DNA of 64,000 nucleotides, taken from NCBI GenBank assembly GCA_965112155.1, contig OZ218114.1, one strand, 5' to 3'. Position 1 is the stretch's first letter, and each line of letters starts with the position of its first letter. This DNA is from Podarcis liolepis. Taxonomy: Eukaryota. Below, in pieces: positions 37,774 to 51,900 of this stretch. The notes beneath the pieces were generated by a model. That model did no database searches. It was given only the letters and a program-made list of their open reading frames with translations, and was not told the origin of the DNA. The translations under genes and the position numbers were made by a program.

Positions 37774-37909
37774 CTAGAATGGAAAAGAAAATGTACATAT
37801 GATATGCTGCTTTCATTCTGTTAATTTCACAATAGCATGTCTCATGGACCATAAATTTATTGCTTCAAAAAAACTCGCCAATCAAGCATTTTGCCACTGC
37901 ATATCTTAC

Positions 37910-38197
37910 CAAGTACATTTATACTGTAGTTTACATGTTTCACAACTCCGGACTTGTTATCCACCACACAGGAGTAATTTCCAGCATCTGACGTATTAAT
38001 CGAGTCTATCATAAGATGAGAGTGAAGCATTCTCCACCTGCCTTTAGTGAGTACATCTTGGTCATCCTTATACCAATGGACATAAGAAACAGACAGCCCA
38101 CTAACAACACATTCCAACATCAAAGGATTGTGCTGAGGTACTGCCAAAGTCTGAGAAGTGGTGGGATGAACAATGTGAAAGTTGTCTGAGGAAGAGC
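37910..38197 (-). CDS. CDON: CDON exon 6, Ig3 ([12 protein letters not shown]...YSINVL)
   Basis: tttctag| and |gtaaga; 288 nt; LECVVSG...W...DAGNYSC. Confidence 0.97.
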
Positions 38198-39030
38198 CTA
38201 GAAATTGAGAGGAAAGGATACATGAGTTCTTTTCAATTGGGTGTTCAAAACTCTCTGGCTTCCTACATTCTCATCAAGGCATTATGTTTCTATATCATTT
38301 TATAAACATGCTAACATAACCACCCACTGTTGACCCTAGGCTGAGTGAAGATGTAACATTTGATTGTACAGTAGTTTGTTCCCTTCAGCCTGGTTAAATT
38401 TCCAAACATTTGCCAGGCAGCCAAGCTAAATCTTAAGTAGTACACATTAGTAACATGTGCTTATCACTTTTCCTTCTTCATTCATTTTTCTGCTTGCAAA
38501 CTGCTTTAACCATAAGAATCTACCTTACACGAAGCCAGACTATTGGTTTATCTAGCTCAGTATTGCTTATCATGTCTGGCAGCAGCTCTGCAGGGTTTCA
38601 AGGTGTGGGCATTTCTTGGTCCTACCTAGAGAGGCCAACTTTTTCATGCAAAGCATATGCTCTGCCACTGAGTTGTGGCCCTTTGCAATGGTCTGCTTGA
38701 TGCAGATGCAACTCTTTAAAAGGGTTAATACTAACTACAATTTACAAACACACTCCAAATTATGTTTTCACATCCATAGTAATAATTTAGGTATTTAGAT
38801 TCAATGCTTAACTGAATTAGATTCAATGCTTAACTGAATCCTTAATTCAGTTAAGGAAAACTGGTTATGCGTTGTGTGCATAGTACCTGATACTTTGACA
38901 GGGCTTCCTCCAAACTGAACTTTTCAAAGTGCAAGGTATGAGATTAAGGGAACTTGCAGTGGTAGTCCTTGGTGGTTTACGCCCTATGATTTCATGGAAC
39001 AATTTTAGTCCTATCACATTCAATACTCAC

Positions 39031-39174
39031 TGCTGATTATGAGCTTATGTCCATTGGGTTCATGTTTAAGATCATCAGTGACTGGGTTATATGCTGCACA
39101 CTTATAGAATCCTTTGTCATCTGAAGATACATTCAAAATTTGCAGATTTCCAGATGGGAGAATTAGGTAGTTTT
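39031..39174 (-). CDS. CDON: CDON exon 5, Ig2 C-terminal half ([48 protein letters not shown])
   Basis: Translated by hand (not in the ORF track); tatcctag| and |gtgagt; 144 nt. Confidence 0.96.
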
Positions 39175-39365
39175 CTAGGATAAAATTGGGTTATTATTAA
39201 TTAAGTTGCTATGGACTGATTTTCTACTCAAGTGTGCAGATTAATCAGTGTTTACTGAAACAGAAAGATAATGTAATGACCAAAGCTCAAATTACTGTAG
39301 CAATTCCTAATGGTCAGGAAACAGACAGAAAGTGAAATCCCTCTCTCTCTCTCTCTATATATATA

Positions 39366-39607
39366 CAGTGGTACCTCGGGTTAGGTACTTAATTCGTTCC
39401 AGAGGTCTGTTCTTAACCTGAAACTGTTCTTAACCTGAAGCACCACTTTATCTAATGGGGCCTCCTGCTGCCACCGCACTGCCAGAGCACGATTTCTGTT
39501 CTCATCCTGAAGCAAAGTTCTTAACCTGAAGCACTATTTCTGGGTTAGCGGAGTCTGTAACCTGAAGCGTATGTAACCTGAAGTGTATGTAACCCGAGGT
39601 ACCACTG
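39366..39607. mobile_element. Intact Tc1/mariner-type MITE
   Basis: TIRs CAGTGGTACCTCGGGTTA/TAACCCGAGGTACCACTG with a TA TSD on both sides. Confidence 0.92.
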
Positions 39608-39711
39608 TATCTACCCAGAATTAAATTCTATGGAGTTCCATGGGACTAATTCTTTGGTAAGGGTGCACTGGATTGCAGCCATTTAGATCTTTTTATTACA
39701 CAGTGTCTTAC

Positions 39712-39858
39712 CTGTTGATTGTTCCAGCCATTTCCCTCGTACACGGAAACGAATATGTGCCTCTGGACTACTTTTGGGTGGCTTGCAACTGATTAAAGCA
39801 GTATTCCCTTCTTCCGCAACAATTGTGTTCCTCACTGAGGTCTCAAAATCATCAAGAT
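39712..39858 (-). CDS. CDON: CDON exon 4, Ig2 N-terminal half (YLDDFETSVR...GKWLEQST)
   Basis: ttcttctag| and |gtaaga; 147 nt, phase 1/1. Confidence 0.96.
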
Positions 39859-41882
39859 CTAGAAGAAAATGTAGTTCTTTCTTTAAAGGTTCAGAAAATA
39901 CAGCAGGATCTACTTCCAAAGTTTTGGGTTTAATAAAAATGGGGTGCTCAAGTCCTGATCAGAGGATATTTCTCAAGAGAGAATGTCAATGCAGTAACAA
40001 TGAAGGAAAACCTTAAGTTCATGTGTGTCCTTCCCTTCCCACTTTACTAAGCACAGAAATTAAAGTTCCAGCATACAGCCCAGTTTGAAGTTTATTTTCT
40101 ACAAGCTCTCTGTGTGTGCGCGCACATATGTGCGGGGGATGAATATACCTACGTCTGAATATCCATTGTTACTGTATTGACTGCCTCCTGAAGAGCACCA
40201 TCCAAAAATTCTTCTAACCTTTTCGACCTCAACAATGCTATATGGGCAATCAGAGAATTTCAATTCTAAATGAAAGGTAGGATGAATTCATTCAAAGCAT
40301 CATTTAAAAAACCTTTCAGTTATTTTGCAATAAGGCTAAAAGGAAAGGATAAAATACAAGAACTAGTGGGATACTGTTATAAAATCAGATGCAAGAGAAA
40401 GGGCATGTAACAAGAACAGAGTACATTTTGATCCAGCAATGCAAGATAATTAGAATAGCAGAGTTGAAATTTGACAATGTGTAGAATATAGTGCTGTTGT
40501 ACAGTATTGCCATGCCAGTTTTCATTGGCTAGGTTTGCACAGCACATTAAACCATTGTTAAAACAAATTATGACTGAGTTTGAATGAGCAGAGTTGCTGG
40601 TGCATACTGCTGAGAGTACAGATGTCTTCTTCCTCCCCTGCTCCTGCTGTACTGTTGGGAAATAAGCCATGATCTGGTATGTCATGTTATCTGAACCCAC
40701 TCTTGTGGTTTGTTTCTCTCCAAATAACTTTGGCTTCCACATCTTGCTCCTTTGTAGAAAAAACAACTGGGTTTGAACAACATGACATGCAGCGGCAAGG
40801 AAGAAGTGAAGTGCTCATGACTTCAGCAGCATGCATGAACATGCTGCTCCACACTGGTTTCTTTTAACTATGGTTTAATGTGATGTGTGAACTGGGCCAC
40901 TGTTTTGTACAATTCTCAGCTTATGTTACAGAGCTGCTAGTTCACTTAAATGCCAATTCACCTACCAGTAGCTCCAACCTTTCCCATTTTCACCTCCAAG
41001 TGGTACAGTACACTTAGATATATTCACAATTTATTGCAACCAGTAGAGTTTGTCAGTGCTAACTGACCTTTATAAGCTCTCAAGGGAATCCTGCTATGGG
41101 TCAATACTCTACAAAAACACTTACCCGTCTCAATTATGAGAAACTTTTCTCTTATGGGTATTTGGGATATGCTTCATACACACAGCATCTTTATAAAGGA
41201 GATTCTTTAACTCAGACTTACAAGACAATTCAAGCATCTTACTTCTGATTCCCAAAAGCCAAATCACCCTCAAGTTGGAAACACGTTTGAAAACAAGAGG
41301 GGGGGGGGGGAAGTTTTCAAAAGACAAATATAAGCATGGGATTTTTGTTGAGGCCTTTTAACTTTCATTTAAGATTGTATATGCAAATCTAATTTTTTTG
41401 CAGTTGATTATGGTTTATAATGTAAATTATGGCAATTCCCAGGGAATTAACAAGCTTTTCTTCCCCTCCCCTTTCAATTCAGGTAAAACTGATCAAACTT
41501 GCAGCATCTACCTAAAAACCAGGGGGTGTTTGGGTAGGCCTTCAGATAAAGATTTCTTCATTTAGCACAAACTCCCTTTCTAGAACATGTTTATAAATTG
41601 TAATATGAGGACTGATTTTTACTGGAAGAAATTAGTAATTGTTTCTTTCTATATTATGTAGTTAACTTCAAGAGAAAAACACAAAACAGATATTTTGTTT
41701 TACTATGTGCTTCTAACACAAAGGTCATCCCTTAGTCCCATATAAGGCATATTTAAAAACACATAAATTCCTCCCAGATGTTAAATTCATGGATGTGGCA
41801 AACAAAAAAATGGGCAAAATAAAAGGAAACGTTATAAAAAGGTAATGTGCTCGGTTTTACCATAAATAAAAGTATAACTTAC

Positions 41883-42155
41883 AGGCAATGGATACTGTTG
41901 CAGGCCTGCTGATAATTGCACCAATGCTGCTATTGACTATGCATTGGTATACACCTGAATTTGAAGGGCTAAGGGAGAAGATTGTAAGGTATCCTGGCTG
42001 TGAGTCTACTTGCTCCACTTTCTTGTGTAATTTCTCGCCATTGAATAGCCAAGATACATGAGCCGTGGAGGGCTCAGCAGTACAATGAAGCTTTACAGTT
42101 GCACCAGGTTTCTGGATGGTAGAAAGTGGCTCAGAAACAAAGTGAGGAATCAAAT
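41883..42155 (-). CDS. CDON: CDON exon 3, Ig1 (DLIPHFVSEP...PATVSIA)
   Basis: ttttctag| and |gtaagt; 273 nt; Ig C...W...YQC motif. Confidence 0.97.
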
Positions 42156-42265
42156 CTAGAAAAGAAAGAAACACACAGTGCAACCAATTCCTTTAGCCGT
42201 TAGCAGTTTGAGTATGTATGAAAATGTGAACTAAACATTTGGTATGCTGCAGGTTATATACAGTA

Positions 42266-42475
42266 CAGTGGTACCTTGGGTTCTGGAGGTCCGTTCTTAA
42301 CCTGAAACTGTTCTTAACCTGAAGCACCACTTTAGCTAACAGGGCCTCCTGGTGCGGCCGCGCCGCCGGAGCACGATTTCTGTTTTCATTCTGAAGCCAA
42401 GTTCTTAACCCAGGGTACTATTTCTGGGTTAGCGGAGTCTGTAACCTGAAGCATATGTAACCCGAGGTACCACTG
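42266..42475. mobile_element. Tc1/mariner-type MITE, same family with small deletions
   Basis: TA-CAGTGGTACC...GGTACCACTG-TA. Confidence 0.9.
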
Positions 42476-43184
42476 TACCGCAGTTTAGCCCAAAGGCCCC
42501 CAAAGCCGTGGAAAACATTAATACGTATTGATGCAAAAGAAATACGCAATAAAGGTACAATATAGAAAACACAACAATCAAAAGAATATAAAATAGTGTC
42601 AGGATTTTCAATAGGAAACATCATGGGGGGGGAGGGAATCCCATAGATATTTTTTTTATGTATCTCCTACAAATACAGACAGTTTATACTATTTCAAAAT
42701 TTATATCCAGCCTCAATATTTATGCATTCTTTACTCATAAGCACTACAGACTGGAACAGAAAACCATTTTGAAGCTAAACCTTAGCTCAATATGAGCATT
42801 TTTACCACTCTCAAAATCAAGTACAGTGCTAGACTGACAATGCAGAAACCGCTTTCTTTACAGTGAAGCCAAACTATTTAATATACAATGACCTCTGATC
42901 ACCATATGTGGCATCATCAAGTTTAATTCTAAATCCTTTGACTGATTTTAAAAAACTCAGTTTTAAATACAGAAAATAGTAGAATATTTTAGCTTGATTA
43001 TCATATATTAACAGACACTTCAGGTACTTATATCCAGGAAGGTCTTTCTGATCCAATTTATCTGTCTGTATCATTGATATGAACAGATCCACACGTGTGG
43101 TTCACTTTTTCTGCTTCTTGTAAGTATACTGTATCTCTCTTTAGAATCCATATTAGTGTGCAGTCTTTGATGGGATTTATCCCT

Positions 43185-43251
43185 GCGGGTGGCACAGTGG
43201 GTTAAACCACAGAGCCTGGAGCTTGCCAATCAGAAGATTGGCAGTTTGAAT
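43185..43251 (+). mobile_element. Sauria SINE 5' fragment
   Basis: Matches the head of the copy at 24055-24424. Confidence 0.75.
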
Positions 43252-43370
43252 GGTTAGGTTGTGCCCAAGTGAGGAGCACATAATATAGGGGCATGGCAAT
43301 AGAGATCAACTACCAAAATGTCTGGAAGAGAACATTAGGTATATATGACAGTTTAGGAAGGTGAACTTAC

Positions 43371-43446
43371 CTGAAGCTGTAGTTGAGAAGCAAATGGTAA
43401 CTATAAGAAAAAGTAGTTCTTGTAAAGGTCCAGGATCAGGATGCAT
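43371..43446 (-). CDS. CDON: CDON exon 2 coding part: start codon and signal peptide MHPDPGPLQELLFLIVTICFSTTAS
   Basis: ATG in context ggcactATGc; hydrophobic signal peptide; donor G|gtaagt at 43370; 76 coding nt. Not in the ORF track. Confidence 0.95.
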
Positions 43447-43507
43447 AGTGCCAAGTTAGAAAGTGTTGTGGCAAAGAGCTTCAGATTAATGAGAATCACT
43501 GAAGAGC
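43447..43507 (-). other. CDON: CDON exon 2 5'UTR part (61 nt, no upstream ATG)
   Basis: Acceptor cttttgtag| at 43508-43509, 61 nt upstream of the ATG. Confidence 0.8.
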
Positions 43508-46500
43508 CTACAAAAGAATAGGCATGTTATTATTATTACAATTAATTTATTAATAGCCTTCTAAATAACTGTCTCAATGTGATTTACACATAAGAAAATT
43601 AAAAACTGTTTAAAACAAATACATTTAAAAGAATACTAAAATCCTAACAAGTGAACACTTGTAATAAACACCCATTTATCCACCTGGAAAAGCCTATCAG
43701 AACCAAAATGTCTTTAATGGTTTCTTCAAAGTACAGATAGTGGACACCTGTCATATCTTAACAGGAATGTTATTTGATAGAGCAGGGGTGGCCACACTAT
43801 TATTTACTCAATCTGTATACTACATCCATAGATCTTGGGGTGGTTCACAGCATAAAAAACAAAATTAAATACACAAAATAAATTTTTAAAATGAACAAAA
43901 AAATAAAAATAATCCAATAACCCCCCTCCTCTCCTACAGATCTTATCTTTCATATTTTAATATTTACAAGTGTGTAAATATAATAACTGTTTTACAAAGG
44001 AAATTCTCTCAGATGTCTTTTGTCTAGTTGGCTTTTGTTAAGTTTTTAAAATCTAAAAATAAGGTTGGTTATTTCTTCATTCCATAATTGCTACAGTACC
44101 ATTTCCACATGCTTATATGATCCTGACAGACATATTAGTGGGTTAATTGAATCCCATCGTACAAAATGAAGCTGTACCTGCTATTTAAGCAAATACAACA
44201 TTTGTGTAACTTAGCTACCAAGGAATGCCTAACAAGGAGGAAGGAGCAGCACATGTTGGAGGCTACTATTTAGGTATTTATTTTATTACTACTGTTTTTC
44301 ATCTGTTTTTCAGATATGAAACTGTCTTGTTCCATTTCTAGCTCCTGAGTTTCTCCTCAGCATCTCTCAGTGCTAGGAAAACTCTAACCTGCCCTTCCAA
44401 TGCATTTGCTGTTGTAAAGGCAGTACACAACAGGTAAAAACAGGAAAAATCAAACCTACCACTACCACAAACTAATATAGCAGCAGCAGCATCAACAACA
44501 ACAACATTGTTGTTGTTGTTGTTCCTTAACAGGGACTCAAAACAGCTTTCAGATACGTAAATGTAAGAACAGCTAAAAAGGCTGACATAGCAGATAAAAG
44601 TAATCTAAAACAAGGGTTTGCCATATTAAATTCATTAATCAGGTATGTCAAATGCCTGCAGAATAGAAGCATTCTGATGGGACAGTAAGATGAGGCCAGA
44701 AAGATTGCATGAATAAGATGTAATATGGTACAGCCAAACAGATGTGAATGATACACTGAAGTTCGTTTGAGGGAAGGCCTACTTCTTTTCTGTCATATGG
44801 AAAGGAGTAGGGCAAGGGGAAAACCACTCAGACCTGTGCTTTCTAGGAACAGCACAAACAGAAGTGTGGATGAGCCCTATGTTGCTTTCCTTATCAAAGA
44901 AGGCCATAAGAGATCTCCAAGTTGCTTAAGGGAATTCAGTTTTTAGGAGTGAAGTCTTTGCATGTGTTCAACACACTGCATTTACATTTTCAGCTCTGTT
45001 TTAAACAGATGTTACATACTTTTCACTAACTGTTTCCAACTGCAGTACAGTTCTGGTGTACCTGAAAGTCATTTTAGGATGAACAACATGCCTAAAGGGG
45101 TGGGTGGGTGTAAAGGTGTCCTGTACTGTTTTTGTTTACTCCAGAGGTATTGCTAGCACCATATCTGTCAATTATTTTCCATGTCTACTAAGGAAAGGGT
45201 TTTTTTAAAATGGCATAAAATGAGGTATATAATTGCTGCATTAGAATGTCCAATGTAGAAGTGAACTATACTCAACCAGCAGGAACTCAACATTTTATAC
45301 TACCATTTGCTGGGTAATTTTCTTACTGAAAAGAGAAAAACTCACATAAATAATCTAAGGTATTTAGTTCACTTTTATTATTTAGTTCACTTTTATTTGT
45401 GATCCTTTAGATTTCAAGCTGTACAGATGGAAATAACTGTATAGAAGAGTTTATTTTTCATTTATTCAGTAGTAGAATCACCTGAGAAGTATGTGAGAAG
45501 TAAACATTTAGAGAACTTTAAGAGGATGAGAAGCAGTGTTTTCTCTATCTGCCAAATCCTTCTACCATCTATTTATGTAAAGAGTGTAGTTGGAACTACA
45601 CTCATCATCATCAACTTTACCCAGTTATTTCACAGGCTTTGTATCCAGAAAAATTTCAAAAGTCATCCAGTGGACCATATACATATCTATGCTATACATG
45701 CTCTTTAATGTATTGATTTTCTAGGATTGTCTTTATTTTTAAAAATCAGTGTTGTATTAAATGAAACATGGTTTACAAAACATCAGTTGTATTCACATAA
45801 GAAACCATCCAATGAAATAAACAGTCTGAAGTGGACTTTTGTGTTTTTTGTTGCTACATAGTCAGGCTATATGCTCTTAATCCTACTTGTCAAAAATGGC
45901 TACAAAAATGGCTACAAAATGGTTCATATCGGACAATGCATGTGGTGGGAAGCACTGTGCACAAATGAAAGAAAATACAGGCCCTCCCTTAGTTTTACAA
46001 AGGGAGAGACACACATGCAGAAGGGACTAAAAGAAAAAGGTAGAGGAAGAAAAGGGTAGAGGAAAATCAACAGTTTGATACTGCCAGAACGAAGACACCT
46101 AGGATCACTGGCCTTCCCTTGTGAATATTCTGGTTGGAATAGAACCTGTGAAACTACTCAATGGTCCTTAGTGCTCTGGTAAGTGAGGGAAGCCAGTGTC
46201 ATCTTCTTCATACAACTGCAGTCACAGGTCCTTGTAGTTGGTGTAGAGTTCTTTCCATTAGGGAGATGGAAAGAAAATATGGCTAGGGCCAGACTAGTCC
46301 TCCCTTTGCCATGGTGCTCTGGGATGGAGAGGGGTACAAGCTCCCAGTGGTCCTCACTCTTCTGGCTAGTGATAGAGGGCAAAGCATATTTGAACTTGCA
46401 GTTGAAGTCAACCATATATTACATTCTCCAATGCTTTTAATTCTAAAAGAGCAAGGTCACATCTACACCATAAAGCACTCATATCAATTTAACAGCTGTG

Positions 46501-48433
46501 ACTTCCTGCAAAGAATCCTGGGAAATGTAGTTTGTTTTAGGGTGTTGACCTCACAGACCTGCAATTACCAGCACCCTGAGCAAACTTCAGTTCCCAGGAT
46601 TCTCCATTACCCGCCCTGAGCCCGGCCTTGGCTGGGGAGGGTGGGGTATAAATAAAAATTATTATTATTATTATTACAGTATAAGAAATTTAAATGTAAG
46701 TTGTGGATGTGACCTAAGTTTCTAGCCCATATATTTTGAAGGTAAGTTTTAATGTGGTGGGCAATGCCTGATAAAAATCCATGATTCCTGAATGCTTGCC
46801 ATATTAAATTTTCAGTGGAGCATGAATGCTTAATAAAATGTATTATGAAAAGTAGAAGCAGAAAATTCATGCAACTTGTACATGTCACAAATTTTACTGT
46901 TTGCTATAAAACTGAACATCCAGAAAACACCCAGTACTATTTATAGCAACATGTTTAATAAGAGAAAATAAATTACGTTGCTTTTCAAGAAGTTTACTTT
47001 ATGATGGCTTATTAAAGAATTTCTTTACTCCCACTTTCTCTTCATCCAGTAACCACTTAAGTGGCTTTCTGACCAGAATTTATTTATTATTGGCAGATTA
47101 GTTTCCATATAAAACAAAATGTCATGTATGTTAATTTCTCTATCAGAAAACAGTAATTCACAAAAACAAAGGGCTTCTGATTTAAGCATCATCTCAATCA
47201 GGGCAGCTAAGCACTCATCATGAACTACATTTTGGCACGGTATTTATTTACAAAAGCATTTTTATTTTTGAGGGCAGCAAAATATTCTGCCTTTCTACCA
47301 TTTGGTCTATGAGGCAGCTTACAAACAAAGCAGTATCAAACATCAGTAGAATTCTAACCATTTCCCAAGTAACAGCTGTGTTAGTCTTTTGTGGTTCTGG
47401 CATAAGTATTTGTTGTCTTTAGTCTACCTCATCAAACATATGAAGTGTTACTCCAAGTTACAGGTAGATACACACATATTTACAAGCATATACCCCATTG
47501 AGAGGGACTGTAAAAACTAAGGTCAAAGGAAAATGAAATGCAGAAAAAAATAGACAGTGATCATTACATACTTGACAGTGGTAATTCACAAAGTGTACTT
47601 GATGACAGAAATTCTGGCACTGGAAAGCTAATCTGCCTCTGAAGTCCCTTTGCTTTAGGATGGGCACTTTGAGATCATTTACAGAAATATCTCCCCAAAT
47701 GGCTTTTGAATAATGTCATTTCTGGTGCCAGATTTGTGTTCACTTATTCTTTTGCACAGAGATGGGTTTTTCCGCTGTAGAATGCAGAAGGGTATTGCGG
47801 GTAGATTTTTCAGTTTGTTTATTAAAACATTTCTATTCCACTTTTCATATACAGAAAGAAATACCAAAGCAGCTCACACAATAATAAAATGTAACAAATC
47901 CAATAAAAATAATCAGTACAATCATCCCAATGACCAGTATTAGTAATATTAAGGGTCAGGGAAAAAATGAACAGATATGTCTTCAAATCAGTGGCAGAAA
48001 CACCCCAAGGTTGGTATTTCCCTGATTTCAGTGGGAAGAGCATTTCATGTGGTAGGTGCCACAAAGGAGAAGGATTTCCTTGCACAACCAGCAATCGGAT
48101 CTCTGTGGTTCATGGTACAATCAGGAGGGTTCCATCGGCAGACTGCAGTGAGTGACTATACTGCAGTAACTGCAAGTCTGTACAGGAGAATGGAGTCCCT
48201 CATATATCATACTGAGAGATAAGCAGGTGAATCCTAACAAGTTCAATATTTTGTGTTTTTAAAAGTCAAAATAAGTAGATAGTCTGACCAATTAATATTA
48301 ATTGCCATTAAGCTCAATAAGCAGCAAAGTCTTCACACTGTACTGAAAAGACCACAAACTTGACACCACACACACATCCCTGGGAAGAGCTCCCTACCTG
48401 GGTTGCCACTACTAAAAAGACACCCACCCTGAT

Positions 48434-48621
48434 CACAGATGTCAACTTGAATAAAATATTGAGGGGGCCCAGGTAAGCCGCACTCTGCATAACTGATCAC
48501 ATAACATGGCACATGCACACCATTTGAATGGCAATGCCAATCAACCTTCAGGGGCCCGCCTCCCTCAAATATTTTAGGGGGGGGGTAAAGGGACCTCACC
48601 CCCTAGGAGATGGTCCCTATG
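48434..48621. mobile_element. hAT-type MITE with CATAGG-type ends
   Basis: Imperfect TIRs cacagatgtcaact...agatggtccctatg; 8-bp TSD [a/t]ccctgat at 48426-48433 and 48622-48629. Confidence 0.7.
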
Positions 48622-48696
48622 TCCCTGATAGTTACTTGTCTCACTTCATTTCAGAGAAATATTGACTATGAGCAACTTGACTGGAGTTAATCAGTG

Positions 48697-48960
48697 CATT
48701 AAGACAGAGTTGTTCTGCCTGGCCTTTGGCTTGGAGCCAATTTGATTCCCTCCCTCTCTTTCTTTTTTCTTTTCCTTCTCCTCCTGCGAGGAGGCTACAT
48801 TTTAATATTTTAATGTTGCAATATTTAATGTATTTTAATTTTGTTTTTAAGTTGTAATCATTCAACTTGTTTTTATTATTGCTTGTAAGCAGCTCTGAGC
48901 CCGGCCTTGGCTGGGGAGGGCGGGGTATAAATAAAAATTATTATTATTATTATTATTATT
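48697..48960 (+). mobile_element. L2 LINE 3' end with an (ATT)n tail; a shorter copy lies at about 46609-46676
   Basis: KTELFCLAFG ORF2 end; the tail ctgagcccggccttggctggggaggg[c/t]ggggtataaataaaaattattatt is present at both sites. Confidence 0.75.
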
Positions 48961-51900
48961 AACCCTAGGCAAGTGCCCAGTAAAGCTGAAGAATCATGTC
49001 ATTAAGATGGAAGACATAGATGGAAGTGTGTACCATTTGCATATTGGGGCTGATCTCACTCTGATGATTCTTGTACTGTAAATATTATCACCCTGGAGAT
49101 AATATTCAACAAGTAAGCTGCTAAGAACAGTTCCCTAGGTTCACCTTCCTGAACCTCCCAGCAACATCCATAGTCAATGGTATCAAATTTGACTGAAAGA
49201 TCGGGGGGGGGGGGTCAACATTCATGGTATCCAGATCTCTACAACAGCATAGGTCATCTACCAGGGTAACCACAGTACCGAAACTCAGCCTGAAGCTGAA
49301 AGGAAAGGCCAACAACTTCGTTAAGTGACAGGTGTCCTTTCATTTGTCATCACTGATATCTCTATTGATCATTTCAAGAGGTCAAGATTTAATGAGTCTA
49401 CAGATTGAAGTCTCTTCATCTGTACAAGTTGTAAATCTTCAAGAAAGAGGCAGCATGAGATGTTACAGTTATTTCAGTCACAGAATATTATTTTGGACAT
49501 TAATCACAATTTCTAATATTCCAAAATCTGGATCATTACTTATTCCTTATTTATTATGTTAACTGTCCATAGTGAACAAAATTCTGAACTGGAGAATTTA
49601 CTGCAGAATCGAATCATCACTATTTATATTTAGCTTTAGTTCAGAATGTCAAATCAAATGAGTGAACAATATTTTTAGAGATATTTGCAGGAATTTCTGC
49701 AGTAAACATTACAATCCTAGCAAATATTTGCAGATCATTTTGTGCACATGATTAATACATTGTTTTGTACCATCTATATATCTAGTGATTTCTGCACTGG
49801 AATATATTTTAGGCCCTTCTACTGATGTGCTTAAAGAAATAAGCAAATCATCCATTTAAAGTAGCACCAAGTTTTCAAAAAAATTCAAAAATTAGTAAGA
49901 TCATGATTCCACTCCTAGAAGCCAGACAATATTGCTTTTGTTACCCCAGCTCTAAAATGAGCTTTTGATAAGTGGCTAATTTGCTTTAGATGAATTACAA
50001 CAAAGCTTCTTTGCCCTTTGAGAATATTAACTGAATGAATAATAATCCATCTATATGGCACTCAACAGTGTTCAACACACTTCAGCTACATTTTTTCTTG
50101 TCATAATACTTTAAAAATCCATGAATGTATGTCAGTACTATCGACATATTACAAATGTGAGGGGTGGAGAGCTGAGAGAGGTAGCAAATGACACCACCAG
50201 TGCAAGTCAATGCCTTTGAAAAATGGAGGATTTTAAAATTTTGTGCGACAGATAAATTTCAACTTATGAAAGTTGCTTATTTCATTCTGTTGCAATTTCA
50301 GAGTTTTGTATGATCTTAATCTGTACATAACATTGGGTGAAGAAACATCTTATCACACTGCCCCCCTTGCATCAATGAAAACCCATTTAGATTCCACTAC
50401 ATCTGTCAGGAACAGAACACGTTTTTAAAAGTGAAAATTGATCATTATGTTTCCCACTGAGCCACCTTAAAAGCAAAAGTAGAGACGTCTACATTATTTG
50501 GAGAAAGGTATTTCCTTAGTCACTGGCATTTCCTTAGTCACTGGCTCCTCCGTGATTCTCAAAGCCTTTGATCACAGTTTTCATGCTGTTTCGTCAGACC
50601 TCAGGAATACAAGTGTAACAGCTGGCATATGCAATTCACTAGGCCTTATTTGTTTACAAGGAGTGGTTAAACATCAGCTAGTAACAACTGACTTGCTGCC
50701 CATCAATTTTAACTGCTAACCCCAGGGTTCATTTCTTCACTCTTCTGAGAACTGTAAAATCTCTCAATGCACATTCATGTACAATTGACACTAATACATT
50801 CTCTCTCACAGGGCTGTGGGTTTGGGATTTTTAAAAAGTTGCTGTGCATTAAACACTGAAAGGGAGACTGAAAAGTCAGGGAAATGTAAATTTAAGCAGA
50901 TTTTAGATGCTTAATAGACACTACCAACTACCAAATTATACCTAGGAAATATAGCACCTTTGGGGTTTGTTACCCTACGCCCCCCACCTTTTCACAGGCT
51001 CAATCAAGTCGGCCAAGCATGTAAACTGATCCTGTCGCCAGCAAAAGCATTTCCTTTCACTGTGGTCAGCCAAAAACAGAGAAGAAAATGGAAATGACTT
51101 GAAGTTATGGCACCAAAAAGACCAGACAAGCAAGGAAATAATCAACTCCACATGAGCCACTTCTAGCCCATCACAATGAAAAAGGCCTATGACTAACCCC
51201 AGGAAAGGTCATCGAGACCATGGGGGTCACATGAAGAAAAAGGCAATAGTGAGAGGCTGCCAGCTGCAATAAGAATCAGTGTGTTCCTAATTACATTCAG
51301 AAAAGAAGGGATTGAGCTCAAATAATGTTTCGATTTAGTCACAACCTAATGTAAAAGCCAGGAACTACAACTTAAATTTTTGTGTATTACTAGATTAAAA
51401 GAAGTCAGGCCTCCAACATACCTGCGGATGAGAAACTTGCAAAAGTGATTTGAAAAGTCAGATCTAGAAGTACTTTGGGAAGAGAGAAGTGAGTCTGTTG
51501 GTTTCCAAGGTTCAGTCCTTCAACTAAATTTGCACTTTCAATATTTGTACTAGCCTTTCACAAATCTATGGTACTGAATGGAACAAAGAATTTACCAGTA
51601 GTTTTTCAAAACAAGTATGAAGGCAGGATATGTGTGCACACACCTAAATTTTCTAAATTTAGGACAAAAATACAATGTGTGTAACAAGCTAATTTGAATT
51701 ATACTTTAGAATCATAATATTATTTCAAAAGTTAACATTTTTAACCATTTCAGGAGAATTTTTTGTTATTCATTATTTTTGACACAGATATGTTACAAGC
51801 CAGGCTTTAATTTATCAGAAATTTCAAGATGGCATTGCTTATTTATTCCAGAATCCTAGGTGTGTAACCTGATATCTGAAGCACCTGGGAGGGACTTATT

